Part shown: positions 1-10,191 of the stretch, piece after piece | How the letters are laid out: every line of letters begins with the position of its first letter | Position numbering within the stretch: the first letter of the stretch is position 1 | Origin: Candidatus Bathyarchaeia archaeon | GTDB taxonomy: Archaea; Thermoproteota; Bathyarchaeia; Bathyarchaeales; Bathycorpusculaceae | Length of the DNA stretch: 64,000 nucleotides | Assembly: GCA_049516875.1 (NCBI GenBank) | Contig: JBEKSS010000002.1 | Span: 1-64,000, forward strand | Reading direction: 5' to 3' | Translations under genes and position numbers: made by a program | The notes under the pieces: generated by a model | What the model was told of the DNA's origin: nothing | The model's database searches: none | Seen by the model: only the letters and a program-made list of their open reading frames with translations

Positions 1-342
1 GCCCTTGTCTCAGTGCCCATCTCCGGGCTACCGCTCCCACGGCCCGTACCGGTTAAAGGCTTGGTGGGCCATTACCTCACCAACAACCTGATCGGCCGCG
101 GCCCCATCCTTGGGCAACGCCTAGAAGCATGCCCTAAGCGCCCTTTAGGCGAAAATCCATTCCAGGAGTCTTCACCTATCGGAAATTAGCCCCAGTTTCC
201 CGGGGGTGTTTCTGTCCCAAGGGCAGGTTAGCCACGTGTTACTGAGCTGTGTGCCGCGCCTCCAGCATGGCTAGGAGGCGCACAACTAGCATGTCTTAGT
301 CCCATCCCGATAGCAGTAGGGTCCGGCAGGATCAACCGGAGT
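1..342 (-). rRNA. rrs: 16S rRNA gene, 5' portion (continues beyond the window start)
   Basis: The reverse complement begins ACTCCGGTTGATCCTGCCGGA and contains GCTCAGTAACACGTGG and GGCACTGAGACAAGGGC, which are conserved archaeal 16S segments. Confidence 0.98.
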
Positions 343-630
343 TAACTCCACATTGACCACAGCCATGTGTTTACTAACTTGTACAAACCGCAAATTCGAC
401 TGGATTTGGAGGGAAGATCAACCACTAAACGCCAAAGCCCAATTCAGACCTAACGCGATAAGCATTGTCAGGTCCACATTTTTGTCTCCGCAATTGGAGG
501 CCAACCATCCTCATTCTATAGGGCCTTCGCGCCTTTGCAGTCGGGGTTGAGCCGCCGCCGTAAAATTGCGGAGCTAACTAGTCGCCAAAACAGAATTGAA
601 GGCATCTCAGTCGATATAAACGTTTCTTTC
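343..630 (-). promoter_or_regulatory. rRNA operon promoter and structured 5' leader
   Basis: Minus strand has GAAAGAAAC followed by TTTATATC (BRE/TATA, about 613-630). The leader holds a 10-bp inverted repeat, CTCCGCAATT (486-495) and AATTGCGGAG (564-573). Confidence 0.65.
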
Positions 631-685
631 AAAACCAAAGCACATTTCTAATGTTCAATACCTATCATCAAGCACTTTCAACAGT

Positions 686-1379
686 TCAGTTAGGCTCTTG
701 ATTATCATGTAGGGTTTTGCAACAGTATCTTCTTCGCCTGATCCTCTCTTGAATTAAGTTGGTCTTCATTCTGACGCTCTGCGGACTTATAACGTCCAAG
801 GTCAACATGTCGCCAACGAAGACAGCCATTGAGGCGTCAACTCCCAACTTTTGCAGTGCCTCCTTGAAGATTTTGGGGTTGGGTTTGCGTTGGTTGCCTT
901 CAACACTTGTCACGACGATGAGGTCAAAATATTCTGTCTCCAGCAGCTTTCGGCGACATTCCGGAATACATTCCGGAATGCCGAAGTTCGAGATTAGACC
1001 GAACTTGTACTACTGGCGAAGTTTTTGCAGAACGTAGCCGGCATCCTTGTCTAGCTGCACCTGACGTATGAACTCGTCGGCAAAGCTCATCGTAGCCCCC
1101 GAAACAACCGCGTCAGAGACTCTGAAATCATAGCCTAACTTCTCCAGAGTTTGCGGAACTCGAACGTTGAAATGCGGCTCTTCCAGACTTTCACGAGATT
1201 CAGCATAGAACCTATCACGGATGTCAAAATAGACACGTTGGAAATCATCAAAAGAAACATTGACTCCTTTCTTAGTCAAGAACTTGTCATCTTTCTCAAC
1301 CAGGTTCATAGGAAGCCTCCACGTCCTCGAGAGGCAGCAGAGTATCAAACAGATCAAAGAACACTGCGTCAACCCGCAT
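686..1379 (-). pseudogene. HAD-superfamily hydrolase pseudogene
   Basis: Motif I FFDLFDTL, LISNF, RKPNPKIF and VFVGD are present. They are split by a frameshift near 1300 and an in-frame TAG at 1010-1012, and there is a 12-bp duplication (IPECIPEC). Confidence 0.85.
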
Positions 1380-1611
1380 AGGTCTCACACTTGAGAACCT
1401 GATTTTGTAACGAGGATAAGAACGGTTCTTGCAAGAGGCAATTGTAATTCTTGTTCTGAATTGCTTCTCATGTCCATTCGCTGCACGTTCGAACTTGGCT
1501 CGGAGGGGCATGACCGAAACTTCTTCCACGTAGCTGTCTGAAGGGTTTTTCCTATGGGGAGGCTAAAAGTTTATATTGTATAGTGCGACATAATAGTCTG
1601 GAAGAATTGCG

Positions 1612-1731
1612 ATGGGAATTGAATCGAAAAACGATGAAATCCGATGGCAAGTCCTTAAGGCTATGCTCGATGAATTCCCAGGGCTGAAGAAAAGAGTCAA
1701 GAAGTATTTGAAAGAGCAGAATCGAAAGTAG
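1612..1731 (+). CDS. 39-aa small basic protein (MGIESKNDEIRWQVLKAMLDEFPGLKKRVKKYLKEQNRK)
   Basis: ATG-to-TAG ORF below the ORF-track cutoff, downstream of AAAAG-TTTATATT (TATA at about 1570-1577), with an amphipathic helical pattern. Confidence 0.55.
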   Translation: MGIESKNDEIRWQVLKAMLDEFPGLKKRVKKYLKEQNRK

Positions 1732-1840
1732 AAACAAGGTTTCCAGTATTCTGTTATCTTGGCTTGTGCTTTTTCAGTAGCTTGTCTCCGGGTCAATTCT
1801 GGGAGGGAGTAAAAATACTGAGAACATTGATGTTTCTTGG

Positions 1841-2194
1841 TCAGCAAAGATTCTGGCTTCTTTTAAGCAGGTGTGGAGGTGGAATTTTGACTCCATTCTT
1901 GCCGTTGTTCTCATCATCATTTTTGAGAAGTTCTGTTATTTCCCGGTAACGCTGAAGAAAATCCATGCCTTTACCGGTTGTTTCATATCTTTCCCTTTCA
2001 TTCTCAGAGACCTTCTCCAACAGGTTAATCCTCAACATAAATCTGAGATAGTCATTCAACTGCGTGAAACTCAAGTTTGCTCGATACATAATCTGGGTTT
2101 TCAAAGTGCCCTCCCTGCCTATTTCCAGAATCTCAGCAATTATGAAGAGCTTGTCTCTTCTCTTTGAAGATGGATTCGAACCCCAAGGATTCAT
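1841..2194 (-). CDS. winged helix-turn-helix regulator (COG3432/HTH_45-like)
   Basis: RRDKLFIIAEIL...KTQIMYRANLSF...YETTGKG signature. Confidence 0.85.
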   Translation of the reverse strand: MNPWGSNPSSKRRDKLFIIAEILEIGREGTLKTQIMYRANLSFTQLNDYLRFMLRINLLEKVSENERERYETTGKGMDFLQRYREITELLKNDDENNGKNGVKIPPPHLLKRSQNLC

Positions 2195-2526
2195 TTTCTA
2201 TATTCCTCTTTTAGAACTGTTTTCTAGAATACAAGAATGCAGAGATTTTCTTAAGCAGTGTTTCGCTCGTCTACCTATTTCCAGAATCGAAATATTCTCT
2301 AGAACAAACCTCTATTCGTCTTGAATGATGGTTATTTCTTCATGGGTTCCAAGCGCACGGAAGGTAAACTAAAACGCGAGAATAGCTGCAGATTACACTG
2401 TGAACATGGAATTCTTACGGTTGCCCTACGCAAGCAAAAAAGGTCCAGAGCGTTAGCCTATAGACACAGAGAGAAGCTCACAAAGGTTTTATTCCTTGAA
2501 ACGAAGAGTGTGGCAAGGTGGAAAGG

Positions 2527-3060
2527 ATGCTGATAGGTTTGATCGCAGACACGCATGACAATCTGCCGATGGTTGACAGGGCTGTGAGGAAACTGAACGA
2601 AGAGAATGTTGAACTTGTGCTTCACGCCGGAGATTATGTGGCCGGTTTTGTAATTCCAAGGTTTAAAGAGTTGAAGGCAAGGTTGATTGGTGTTTTCGGC
2701 AACAATGATGGGGATCATGAGCTCCTAAGGAAGAGGTTCAGCGAAAACAAGAGGCTTGAATTGCGCGGCAGCTTTGCGGAGATAACTGCAGATGGCTTGA
2801 AAATCGCGTTGCTGCACGGAGGTGATGTGGAGCTCTTGGAGGCTTTGATTGATCGCGAGAGCTTTGATGTTGTGGTTCATGGGCACACGCACGTTGCTGA
2901 GATACATCGAAAAGGCAAGACATTGGTTGTGAACCCGGGTGAAGTCTGTGGGTATCTGACGGGCAAGTCGACTTTGGCTCTGCTTGACACGGTTAAGCGT
3001 GAAGCCAGAATAGTCGAGCTGCAGATGCACGTTGAATCAGAAAGCGTCGAGGCGACTTAG
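2527..3060 (+). CDS. metallophosphoesterase, YfcE/MJ0936 family
   Basis: DTHDN, HAGD, GNND, HG, GHTH and NPGE motifs. Confidence 0.92.
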   Translation: MLIGLIADTHDNLPMVDRAVRKLNEENVELVLHAGDYVAGFVIPRFKELKARLIGVFGNNDGDHELLRKRFSENKRLELRGSFAEITADGLKIALLHGGDVELLEALIDRESFDVVVHGHTHVAEIHRKGKTLVVNPGEVCGYLTGKSTLALLDTVKREARIVELQMHVESESVEAT

Positions 3061-3975
3061 ATATAGCTTATCACCGTACGTATCCTTGAACGAGGTGTCT
3101 GGACTTATGAGTTTAAACATCATCACTGAGTGAGCTTTTTCCTGAACTATGTAGCCACGGGACCTGTAGACTCCGAGCAAACCCTTGTCCAAGACTGCTC
3201 TATCGTAGACCAAGCCTCTGGTTCTCTTTTCCATCATATCTATCAGCAGATCAGCTTCTTTTGCGTCCAACACTATGAGCTCTCTAATCCATATTCCAGA
3301 CTTGTCTTCTCTGAAAATGACGTAACCATCCTTGCCAATGAAGCATTGCTTCGCCTTTATTCCTTCCACCTTCTTGAGCATTCTCAGGTACGATCTATCA
3401 CGCACCACGAACCCGGTTCTGTCCTTGGAAAACTCGCTATAGATACTCGGAATTCTGTCGACATCAAACCCTGAGCCCATTCCTTTGCCAGAACGCTTGG
3501 CCTTCTTGACGCTGATTACCTTGTATGCGCTTGGGTATTCAATCAGGTCGACGTAGCCAAGCTTCAGGTAGAGAGCGTGCGCTACCAGCGCGTGACTTGT
3601 GAACAAAAAGGAAAAACGGTAATCCTTTTCTTTGAAGTATTGATGTGCCATGCTCATCAGGGCTGTGGAGACGCCTCTGCGGGTAAAACCAGGCAACGTG
3701 GCAACACCGTATACTCCGCCAACTGGTTCCATCGTTCCGCCCAAAGTTCGAGTGGCTAAATCCATCACGCCTACATGACCAATTATCCGCTCGTTTTCAA
3801 CAGCGAAAAAGCCCACCGGACCATTCTTCAATCTGGGGTCAATCTTGATAGCATCCTCAAACTGGCGTCGGTCAAAAACCCAGTTGAAGGCATGATCCAA
3901 CAGAGGCAAGACGTCGTCTTTCGACTCCAAGTCTCTGTATGTCAGAATCTTCATTCTCTCATGCCTTCTTAGCAA
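3037..3975 (-). CDS. GNAT family N-acetyltransferase (Eis-like)
   Basis: Acetyl-CoA motif A VATLPGFTRRGVSTALM and LYLKLGY. Confidence 0.85.
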   Translation of the reverse strand: MLRRHERMKILTYRDLESKDDVLPLLDHAFNWVFDRRQFEDAIKIDPRLKNGPVGFFAVENERIIGHVGVMDLATRTLGGTMEPVGGVYGVATLPGFTRRGVSTALMSMAHQYFKEKDYRFSFLFTSHALVAHALYLKLGYVDLIEYPSAYKVISVKKAKRSGKGMGSGFDVDRIPSIYSEFSKDRTGFVVRDRSYLRMLKKVEGIKAKQCFIGKDGYVIFREDKSGIWIRELIVLDAKEADLLIDMMEKRTRGLVYDRAVLDKGLLGVYRSRGYIVQEKAHSVMMFKLISPDTSFKDTYGDKLYLSRLDAF

Positions 3976-4077
3976 TGGACCTAATGATTATTCGAAGAAA
4001 ATATAAGCTTCGCGCTCAATGTCTTAAGTAGTAATTTCAGGTTTTCTCAGGGGCTCCAGGGCTTACGTAGGCAAGAC

Positions 4078-5034
4078 TTAGTTTCTAAGAAATTTCTCAA
4101 AAAGTGGGCTCGTCTGGTATGGTTGTCTTTCTTGGTTGGCCAGCTGGAAAAGTCTGCTCAGTTCTTGATCTGTTGCTCCATTTCTGATTGGAGTCAGAAT
4201 ATCCGTTAGGTTGTCGTTTCTCATTAAGCAGGGTTTGAGTTTTCCGTCGCTTGTAACACGCAGTCGTGTGCAGTGCAAGCAAAACTCGGTGTTTTCTATT
4301 GGTCGTATGACCTCCACCTTGCCGTGCGGCAAATAGTAGATATGGCGGTTTTGCATGTACTGTCTGGTCTCAGTTTTCGCTGCCTTCTGTTTCAACATCG
4401 TTTCATATTCGTCTAGCGTTTTGTGTTTTCCACAGTAGTACTTGCTTGTCATGTTTATTGGTTCAAGCTCAATTAACTGCAAGACGGTTCCAGTTTGCGT
4501 CGCAAATTCAATCATTTCAGGCACAGCACACTCGTTTGCCCCTTTTAAAATGAGCATGTTGAGCTTGACTGGAGAGAATCCAACTTCAACAGCGGCCTTG
4601 ACGCCTCTCAGCACGTCTTCCACCTTGCCGCCGGTGAGCTCATGGTAGACTTCCCGATCCAGCGTTGGGAGACTTATGTTTATTCGTTTCAAACCACTCG
4701 CATGAAGTTTCTTGGCTATAGGCGCAAGAAGGGTTCCATTTGTGGTCATGGCGAGGTCTGTCAGTTCAGGTAGGGCACTGATTCCTTTGACGATGTCCAC
4801 AGCGTCACTGCGCGCAAGAGGTTCTCCACCCGTCAGTTTGATTCTTGAAATGCCCAAACCACCTGCGATCTTTGTGATGTGAATAATTTCCTCCGCCCTC
4901 ATCTCTTTAGTGACATTCTTGTTGCCCCTTTCTTCGCCTTCTCCGTGACAGTAAGAGCACTTTAGGTTGCATTTCGAGGTGATTGCTATGCGTAGATTAA
5001 GAAGTGGTCGTCCACAATTGTCTTTCAGAACCAT
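4078..5034 (-). CDS. moaA: GTP 3',8-cyclase (radical SAM)
   Basis: LRIAITSKCNLKCSYC, TGGEP and C-terminal FCLHCTRLRVTSDGKLKPCL. Confidence 0.96.
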   Translation of the reverse strand: MVLKDNCGRPLLNLRIAITSKCNLKCSYCHGEGEERGNKNVTKEMRAEEIIHITKIAGGLGISRIKLTGGEPLARSDAVDIVKGISALPELTDLAMTTNGTLLAPIAKKLHASGLKRINISLPTLDREVYHELTGGKVEDVLRGVKAAVEVGFSPVKLNMLILKGANECAVPEMIEFATQTGTVLQLIELEPINMTSKYYCGKHKTLDEYETMLKQKAAKTETRQYMQNRHIYYLPHGKVEVIRPIENTEFCLHCTRLRVTSDGKLKPCLMRNDNLTDILTPIRNGATDQELSRLFQLANQERQPYQTSPLFEKFLRN

Positions 5035-5170
5035 CGTTATTCCCGCACGTGCCTAACGATGTGACCAGCTTCGGAGAATATAAGTTTACCGAGCAGATTT
5101 TGCGCTTTCGGACGAAAGGCGGCAACGATAAATATCGAGAAAGTTGTTTTCACTATTGGTGGGCTTCTTG

Positions 5171-5521
5171 ATGAAAGTTTTTGTGCGTTCTCAATCGCCT
5201 AGCGCCCGCTACGACATAGAAACCGCAAGAGAAATGTCTTATCACACCTACTGTGACCCAGACATGGCAAATAGAGCCAGTGAAATACTCTCTCCCAAGT
5301 TCAAAGGGCGCATATTCTCTGAAGAAGATTGGTCAGTTCTAGAGCAGATATCGCTGCTTGCAAAAGAAACTGGCAGAGAATTCGAGATTCACGATGTTTC
5401 AAGTATAAAGGGAAGGATCATCGCGATAAAGTACGGTATTCGGAAAACGCCCGCAATAGTGATAAATGGGGAGAGATTTGAAGGAAAGGAAAGGGTCTTG
5501 GAAGCAGTTACAACAAAATAG
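5171..5521 (+). CDS. hypothetical protein, thioredoxin-like C-terminus without CxxC
   Basis: KYGIRKTPAIVINGE resembles the cis-Pro region of the thioredoxin fold. Confidence 0.6.
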   Translation: MKVFVRSQSPSARYDIETAREMSYHTYCDPDMANRASEILSPKFKGRIFSEEDWSVLEQISLLAKETGREFEIHDVSSIKGRIIAIKYGIRKTPAIVINGERFEGKERVLEAVTTK

Positions 5522-5544
5522 TCTTGCAGAACTATGGATGCGCG

Positions 5545-6075
5545 CTATTCGCGAGCGTGTTTGATTAGGTGGCCTACCTCGGGCAAGATGAGCTTTGAAA
5601 GACAGAGTTGCACTGCATTAGGCGAACCTGGAATGCAGAAAACAGCCTTGCCGTTGGCGATACCTGCAATTGTTCTGGACAAAACAGCCGCTGAACCGAT
5701 CTCATCGTAGCTTAGACGTCTGAATATCTCGCCGAAACCTGGCAATGTCTTGTCCAAGAAGGGCGTGACGGTTTCGATTGTGACGTCGGAAGGGGCTATG
5801 CCTGTTCCGCCGCAAAAAATGACCACGTCCACGTCCGCACGGTACATGACATCTTTCATGCCTTCGGCAATCATGGTCGGATCATCAGAAACTACTTTCC
5901 GAAACAGTACGGTTTGTCCAGCTTCTCTTAACAAAGATTCAATCAGATCCCCCGAAGGGTCCTGAACTCTCTCGCCTTTATTCACTTGGACACAGCGAGA
6001 CGTGCTGCATATGAAAATGCTGAATTTCAGTTTCTTTGGCGCTTCGGCCTTGTGTTTCTTTGTGGTTTCGCTCAA
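5545..6075 (-). CDS. moaB: molybdenum cofactor biosynthesis protein MoaB/Mog
   Basis: DPSG, GGTGIAPSDVT, LPGFGEIFR and PGSPNAV motifs. Confidence 0.93.
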   Translation of the reverse strand: MSETTKKHKAEAPKKLKFSIFICSTSRCVQVNKGERVQDPSGDLIESLLREAGQTVLFRKVVSDDPTMIAEGMKDVMYRADVDVVIFCGGTGIAPSDVTIETVTPFLDKTLPGFGEIFRRLSYDEIGSAAVLSRTIAGIANGKAVFCIPGSPNAVQLCLSKLILPEVGHLIKHARE

Positions 6076-6581
6076 TCTTGGGAAGCCTTCTTGCCGGTGG
6101 CTCTTTTTATTTTCTTGACTACCTGAATGTTTTCGATTGCTGTTGTCGGATATTGTCCTTCAGTATTTTTTTCATACTGTTTAACCATGTCCCATATCGT
6201 CAAAAGACCTATAGCCGTGGCAGTCAATGCCTCCATTTCAACGCCAGTCTGAGCCCTCGTCTTAACGGTAGCAGTGACTTGGACGTTGGATTCGTCTAAT
6301 ACCTCTGTTTCAACTTCGACTTTAGTTATCGGCAGTGGATGGCAAAGCGGAATCAGGCTGCTCGTTTTCTTGGCTGCCAGAATTGCCGCAATTTTGGATG
6401 TGTAAAGAGGATCTCCTTTGGCAATCTTTCCTTTTTTTATCATTTGTATTGTTTCGGGTTTCAATCTAATGATGCCTGTTGCTGTAGCTTCTCGAAGTAT
6501 TCCAGGCTTTTCTGATATGTCAACCATGGCCATTCTACTTTGTCTCCTCAGTTCTGCTCTGCTTTGAGGTTTGAAAGACAA
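6072..6581 (-). CDS. moaC: cyclic pyranopterin monophosphate synthase
   Basis: MVDISEK, LIPLCHP, TGVEMEAL and DMVK motifs. Confidence 0.96.
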   Translation of the reverse strand: MSFKPQSRAELRRQSRMAMVDISEKPGILREATATGIIRLKPETIQMIKKGKIAKGDPLYTSKIAAILAAKKTSSLIPLCHPLPITKVEVETEVLDESNVQVTATVKTRAQTGVEMEALTATAIGLLTIWDMVKQYEKNTEGQYPTTAIENIQVVKKIKRATGKKASQD

Positions 6582-7240
6582 AGCTGTCTCTTTTCTGTTT
6601 TGTTTTCCGTCCTGTTGGGTGGCTCCTCGGTCTTTTGGGACAGGGCCTTTAGGCTTTTTTCCTGCAGTTCTTGTACGCTTTGTTTAATTTCGCCGATTCT
6701 TTTTTCCAGTTCCGTCAGTCCTGTGCTCAATTCTTCAATGTGGTCTAAAACATACTTTATCAAGGGTTGAATGTCCTCTGAAGCTTGAATGTTTATGACT
6801 GAACCTTTTGTTTCCGAGACTTTTTTGAAATTAAGTAGGTGGTTAATGAGCGGTGAAGGATTGTCTCGGACTTCCCTCATTAGAAAGAGGAAGTCTGAAC
6901 CGTCGGTCAAGGCTTTTCTCAGTTGTTCGAAAGCCAAACGGGAATTTGCAACGGGGTCAGATGTGTTTTGGAGTAGGATATCCTTGAATGTTGTCAAGGT
7001 TTGGGCGAGGTTTTTGTATTTGGCTTTGATGGTGGGGGTTATCTCTGGTTTCAGAATAAGCATGGATTCCTGGTTGCTTGTCGCCAGTTCGGATAGGCGG
7101 TTGATGTAGTTCTCGGTTTTTTCAAGCAGCTTTGATGGTGAAAGCCTTTCGGAAAGGGCTCCGCTGGCGATGGCGCTTGCAACCTTTTGCAAGAGCTTCT
7201 CGAATTCGCTTGTTCTTGTGTCCAGCCCTTCCTTGATCAA
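6548..7240 (-). CDS. hypothetical helical/coiled-coil protein
   Basis: Long ORF lying in the cdc6-wHTH-moaC-moaB gene string, with a heptad-like C-terminus. Confidence 0.7.
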   Translation of the reverse strand: MIKEGLDTRTSEFEKLLQKVASAIASGALSERLSPSKLLEKTENYINRLSELATSNQESMLILKPEITPTIKAKYKNLAQTLTTFKDILLQNTSDPVANSRLAFEQLRKALTDGSDFLFLMREVRDNPSPLINHLLNFKKVSETKGSVINIQASEDIQPLIKYVLDHIEELSTGLTELEKRIGEIKQSVQELQEKSLKALSQKTEEPPNRTENKTEKRQLCLSNLKAEQN

Positions 7241-7273
7241 GCAACAGCACGCTCACGTAGATAACGTCGTTCA

Positions 7274-7543
7274 CTACTTATTTGCGTGTTCCCACGTTTC
7301 AATGAGAGTCTGTACGGCTTTGGCCTTGGGTGAATTTTCATTGAGCCTGTACAGGCGGATTCTTCCAAACACCTTGTGCACCAGAACGCCTTCATCTTCC
7401 AAAGCCTTCAGGTGTTTGCTTGTCGATACGTAGTTTACGCTTAATCTTCGGGCGATTTCAGAACCGTTGAGCTCGCCAACTTGAACCAGAATTCTCAGAA
7501 TTTTCATGCGAAGTCGGGAAGAGAAAACATCCTCAACATTCAT
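7274..7543 (-). CDS. ArsR-like winged-helix regulator
   Basis: VFSSRLRMKILRIL...SEIARRL...SKHLKALEDEG...RLYRL. Confidence 0.88.
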   Translation of the reverse strand: MNVEDVFSSRLRMKILRILVQVGELNGSEIARRLSVNYVSTSKHLKALEDEGVLVHKVFGRIRLYRLNENSPKAKAVQTLIETWEHANK

Positions 7544-7549
7544 GTCTTT

Positions 7550-8734
7550 TCACATTTCTTGTTTTTCCAGCAGAGTCTTCAACTCTTTTTCAAGTTCGTC
7601 AGCTGGGATTCTGGGCAAATAAATGCCCGTCGATCTACCCCGGGAAGCCCCTGTTACAACATCGGCTTTTACTATGCCGAGGGCAGAGAGGCTTCGAAGA
7701 TATTTCCACAGTTGCGTGTGGCTTTTTGGAGCTGTGCCAAACTCTTCGCACACGACAGCATAAGATTGTTCGGCCTCAGTGAAAGCAACGTAGGCCTTCT
7801 CGTTCTTCTTGAATGTTCTGGCTATTCCAAGCAAGAAGAGTTTCTCATGAAGGCCAAGAGTAGCTAGGTCGCTTTTCCGCATCGCTGGGATTATGCTTGA
7901 GACGGCTTTTCGAACGCATTCCGGCGGGACGGTGTTTAAATCTTCGGCGTCTGCGTATTTTCCGGCTCGCCAAAGTAGTTCGATTCCGAAGCGGGCGTTT
8001 CCGCTTTCAGAGAATGCAAGTTCGGAAATCAAGTTCACAGTGTCTTCGGACACGGCTAGAGGTTTAAAGGCTAGGGAGACTCGATCGTTGAGGATGTCGG
8101 CGAGTTGTTGTTTGGAGTATTTTTCAAGGTTTATTATGTTAGACTGTAATGTACTTCTTGTGCTGGCGTCCAATTGATCAATTGCCTTGAGGTTTCGCAA
8201 GACACCTATAAGCGAGAGCCGCTGGGGCTTGTTCTGTCTTGCCTCTTGCAGGCGGGTCAGCTTGTAAACAGCTTCGGAGCCTTCTCTGTCGATGAGACTT
8301 TCGAACTCATCCAAGGCCAAGATCACGTGTGAGTTTTGCTCGTCCAGAATCTGCATTAACGAATCTAGAATCTCCTCAGCGGAGTAGCCGCGTTTTGGAA
8401 AGTTTGGATGGAAAATCGACACCACGTGCTGCAAGATGAGAAAGAGGCTTCCGTGACATTCGCGGCAATTGATGTGAACGTAGCGAAGACCTGTTCCGCG
8501 TCTGTTTGCTTCGCTTGTGATGTTCGCTCCGAAACGTTGCGAAAGCGCAGTTTTGCCAGTGCCAACATCGCCAGTTATCACAACTCGCTGGGCCATTCTT
8601 TCAGGAGACTGCAGTGCAAAGCTGAAGAATTCCATAAGCAAGCGCAGTTCTGTCTCTCTGTGGGGAAGCTTGTAGGGGACATAGTTGATGTCGAGTTTTG
8701 TCTCGTCCTTGAACACGCTTCGGTATGTTGGCAC
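7550..8734 (-). CDS. cdc6: Orc1/Cdc6 replication initiator
   Basis: YVPYKLPHRE, Walker A GDVGTGKT, Walker B LDEFE, sensor-2 GNAR and a C-terminal winged helix. Confidence 0.95.
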   Translation of the reverse strand: MPTYRSVFKDETKLDINYVPYKLPHRETELRLLMEFFSFALQSPERMAQRVVITGDVGTGKTALSQRFGANITSEANRRGTGLRYVHINCRECHGSLFLILQHVVSIFHPNFPKRGYSAEEILDSLMQILDEQNSHVILALDEFESLIDREGSEAVYKLTRLQEARQNKPQRLSLIGVLRNLKAIDQLDASTRSTLQSNIINLEKYSKQQLADILNDRVSLAFKPLAVSEDTVNLISELAFSESGNARFGIELLWRAGKYADAEDLNTVPPECVRKAVSSIIPAMRKSDLATLGLHEKLFLLGIARTFKKNEKAYVAFTEAEQSYAVVCEEFGTAPKSHTQLWKYLRSLSALGIVKADVVTGASRGRSTGIYLPRIPADELEKELKTLLEKQEM

Positions 8735-8852
8735 TTGACTGCCCTCAAAGTGACTATTACATTAAGCTTTGTTATTCTTTTCCCTTGCTTGTCGGTTAGC
8801 GCTTCGTGGAAACAAAAGACTAATAAGCGCATCAACGTTATCTATTTGCAAA

Positions 8853-9416
8853 ATGATACCGAAGTATTTCTTTCTGACAAAGGGCGTTGGAAAACACAAA
8901 GAGCAACTTCAATCTTTCGAGTTGACTTTAAGGGATGCAGGCATACAGCATTGCAATATAGTAAGCGTTTCGAGCATAGTTCCGCCAAGCTGCAAACTCC
9001 TATCAAGAGAACGCGGCCTGAAACTGATAAAGCCTGGAGAAATCACCTTCGTCGTTTTAGCTAGGAATTCAACAAACGAACCGCACAGACTCATCGCAGC
9101 GTCAATAGGAGTCGCAATCCCCTCAGGCAAGGATGACTACGGTTACCTTTCGGAGCATCACTCTTTCGGACAGACAGATGACAAGGCTGGAGACTACTCA
9201 GAGGATTTAGCGGCAACAATGCTTGCGACAACGATGGGAATTCAATTTGATCCTGAAATCGCCTGGCACGAGAAGGAACAATTGTTCAAAACTAGCGGAA
9301 TGATGATTAAGACGGCAAACGTGACGCAATCTGCAACAGGAGACAAGAGTGGCCTGTGGACAACAGTGGTCGCGGCAGCGGTGTTCGTTCCTGGAAGAAA
9401 CATGGTGAAACACTGA
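8853..9416 (+). CDS. pdaD: pyruvoyl-dependent arginine decarboxylase
   Basis: [19 protein letters not shown] (Ser-Ser cleavage site), GYLSEHH and [10 protein letters not shown]. Confidence 0.92.
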   Translation: MIPKYFFLTKGVGKHKEQLQSFELTLRDAGIQHCNIVSVSSIVPPSCKLLSRERGLKLIKPGEITFVVLARNSTNEPHRLIAASIGVAIPSGKDDYGYLSEHHSFGQTDDKAGDYSEDLAATMLATTMGIQFDPEIAWHEKEQLFKTSGMMIKTANVTQSATGDKSGLWTTVVAAAVFVPGRNMVKH

Positions 9417-9462
9417 AGGCGACATTCGAGAGTACGCAACCATTTTTATGCTGAAACGATAA

Positions 9463-10188
<726 letters not shown>

Positions 10189-10191
10189 CAG

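Noticed and set aside
1010-1012. Pyrrolysine readthrough of the in-frame TAG in the HAD gene
   Set aside because: The same gene has a frameshift and a degenerate C-terminus, and there are no pyl genes in the window.
8735-8852. Replication origin adjacent to cdc6
   Set aside because: The intergenic region is only about 120 bp, with no ORB-like TCCA..GGAAAC/G-string repeats.
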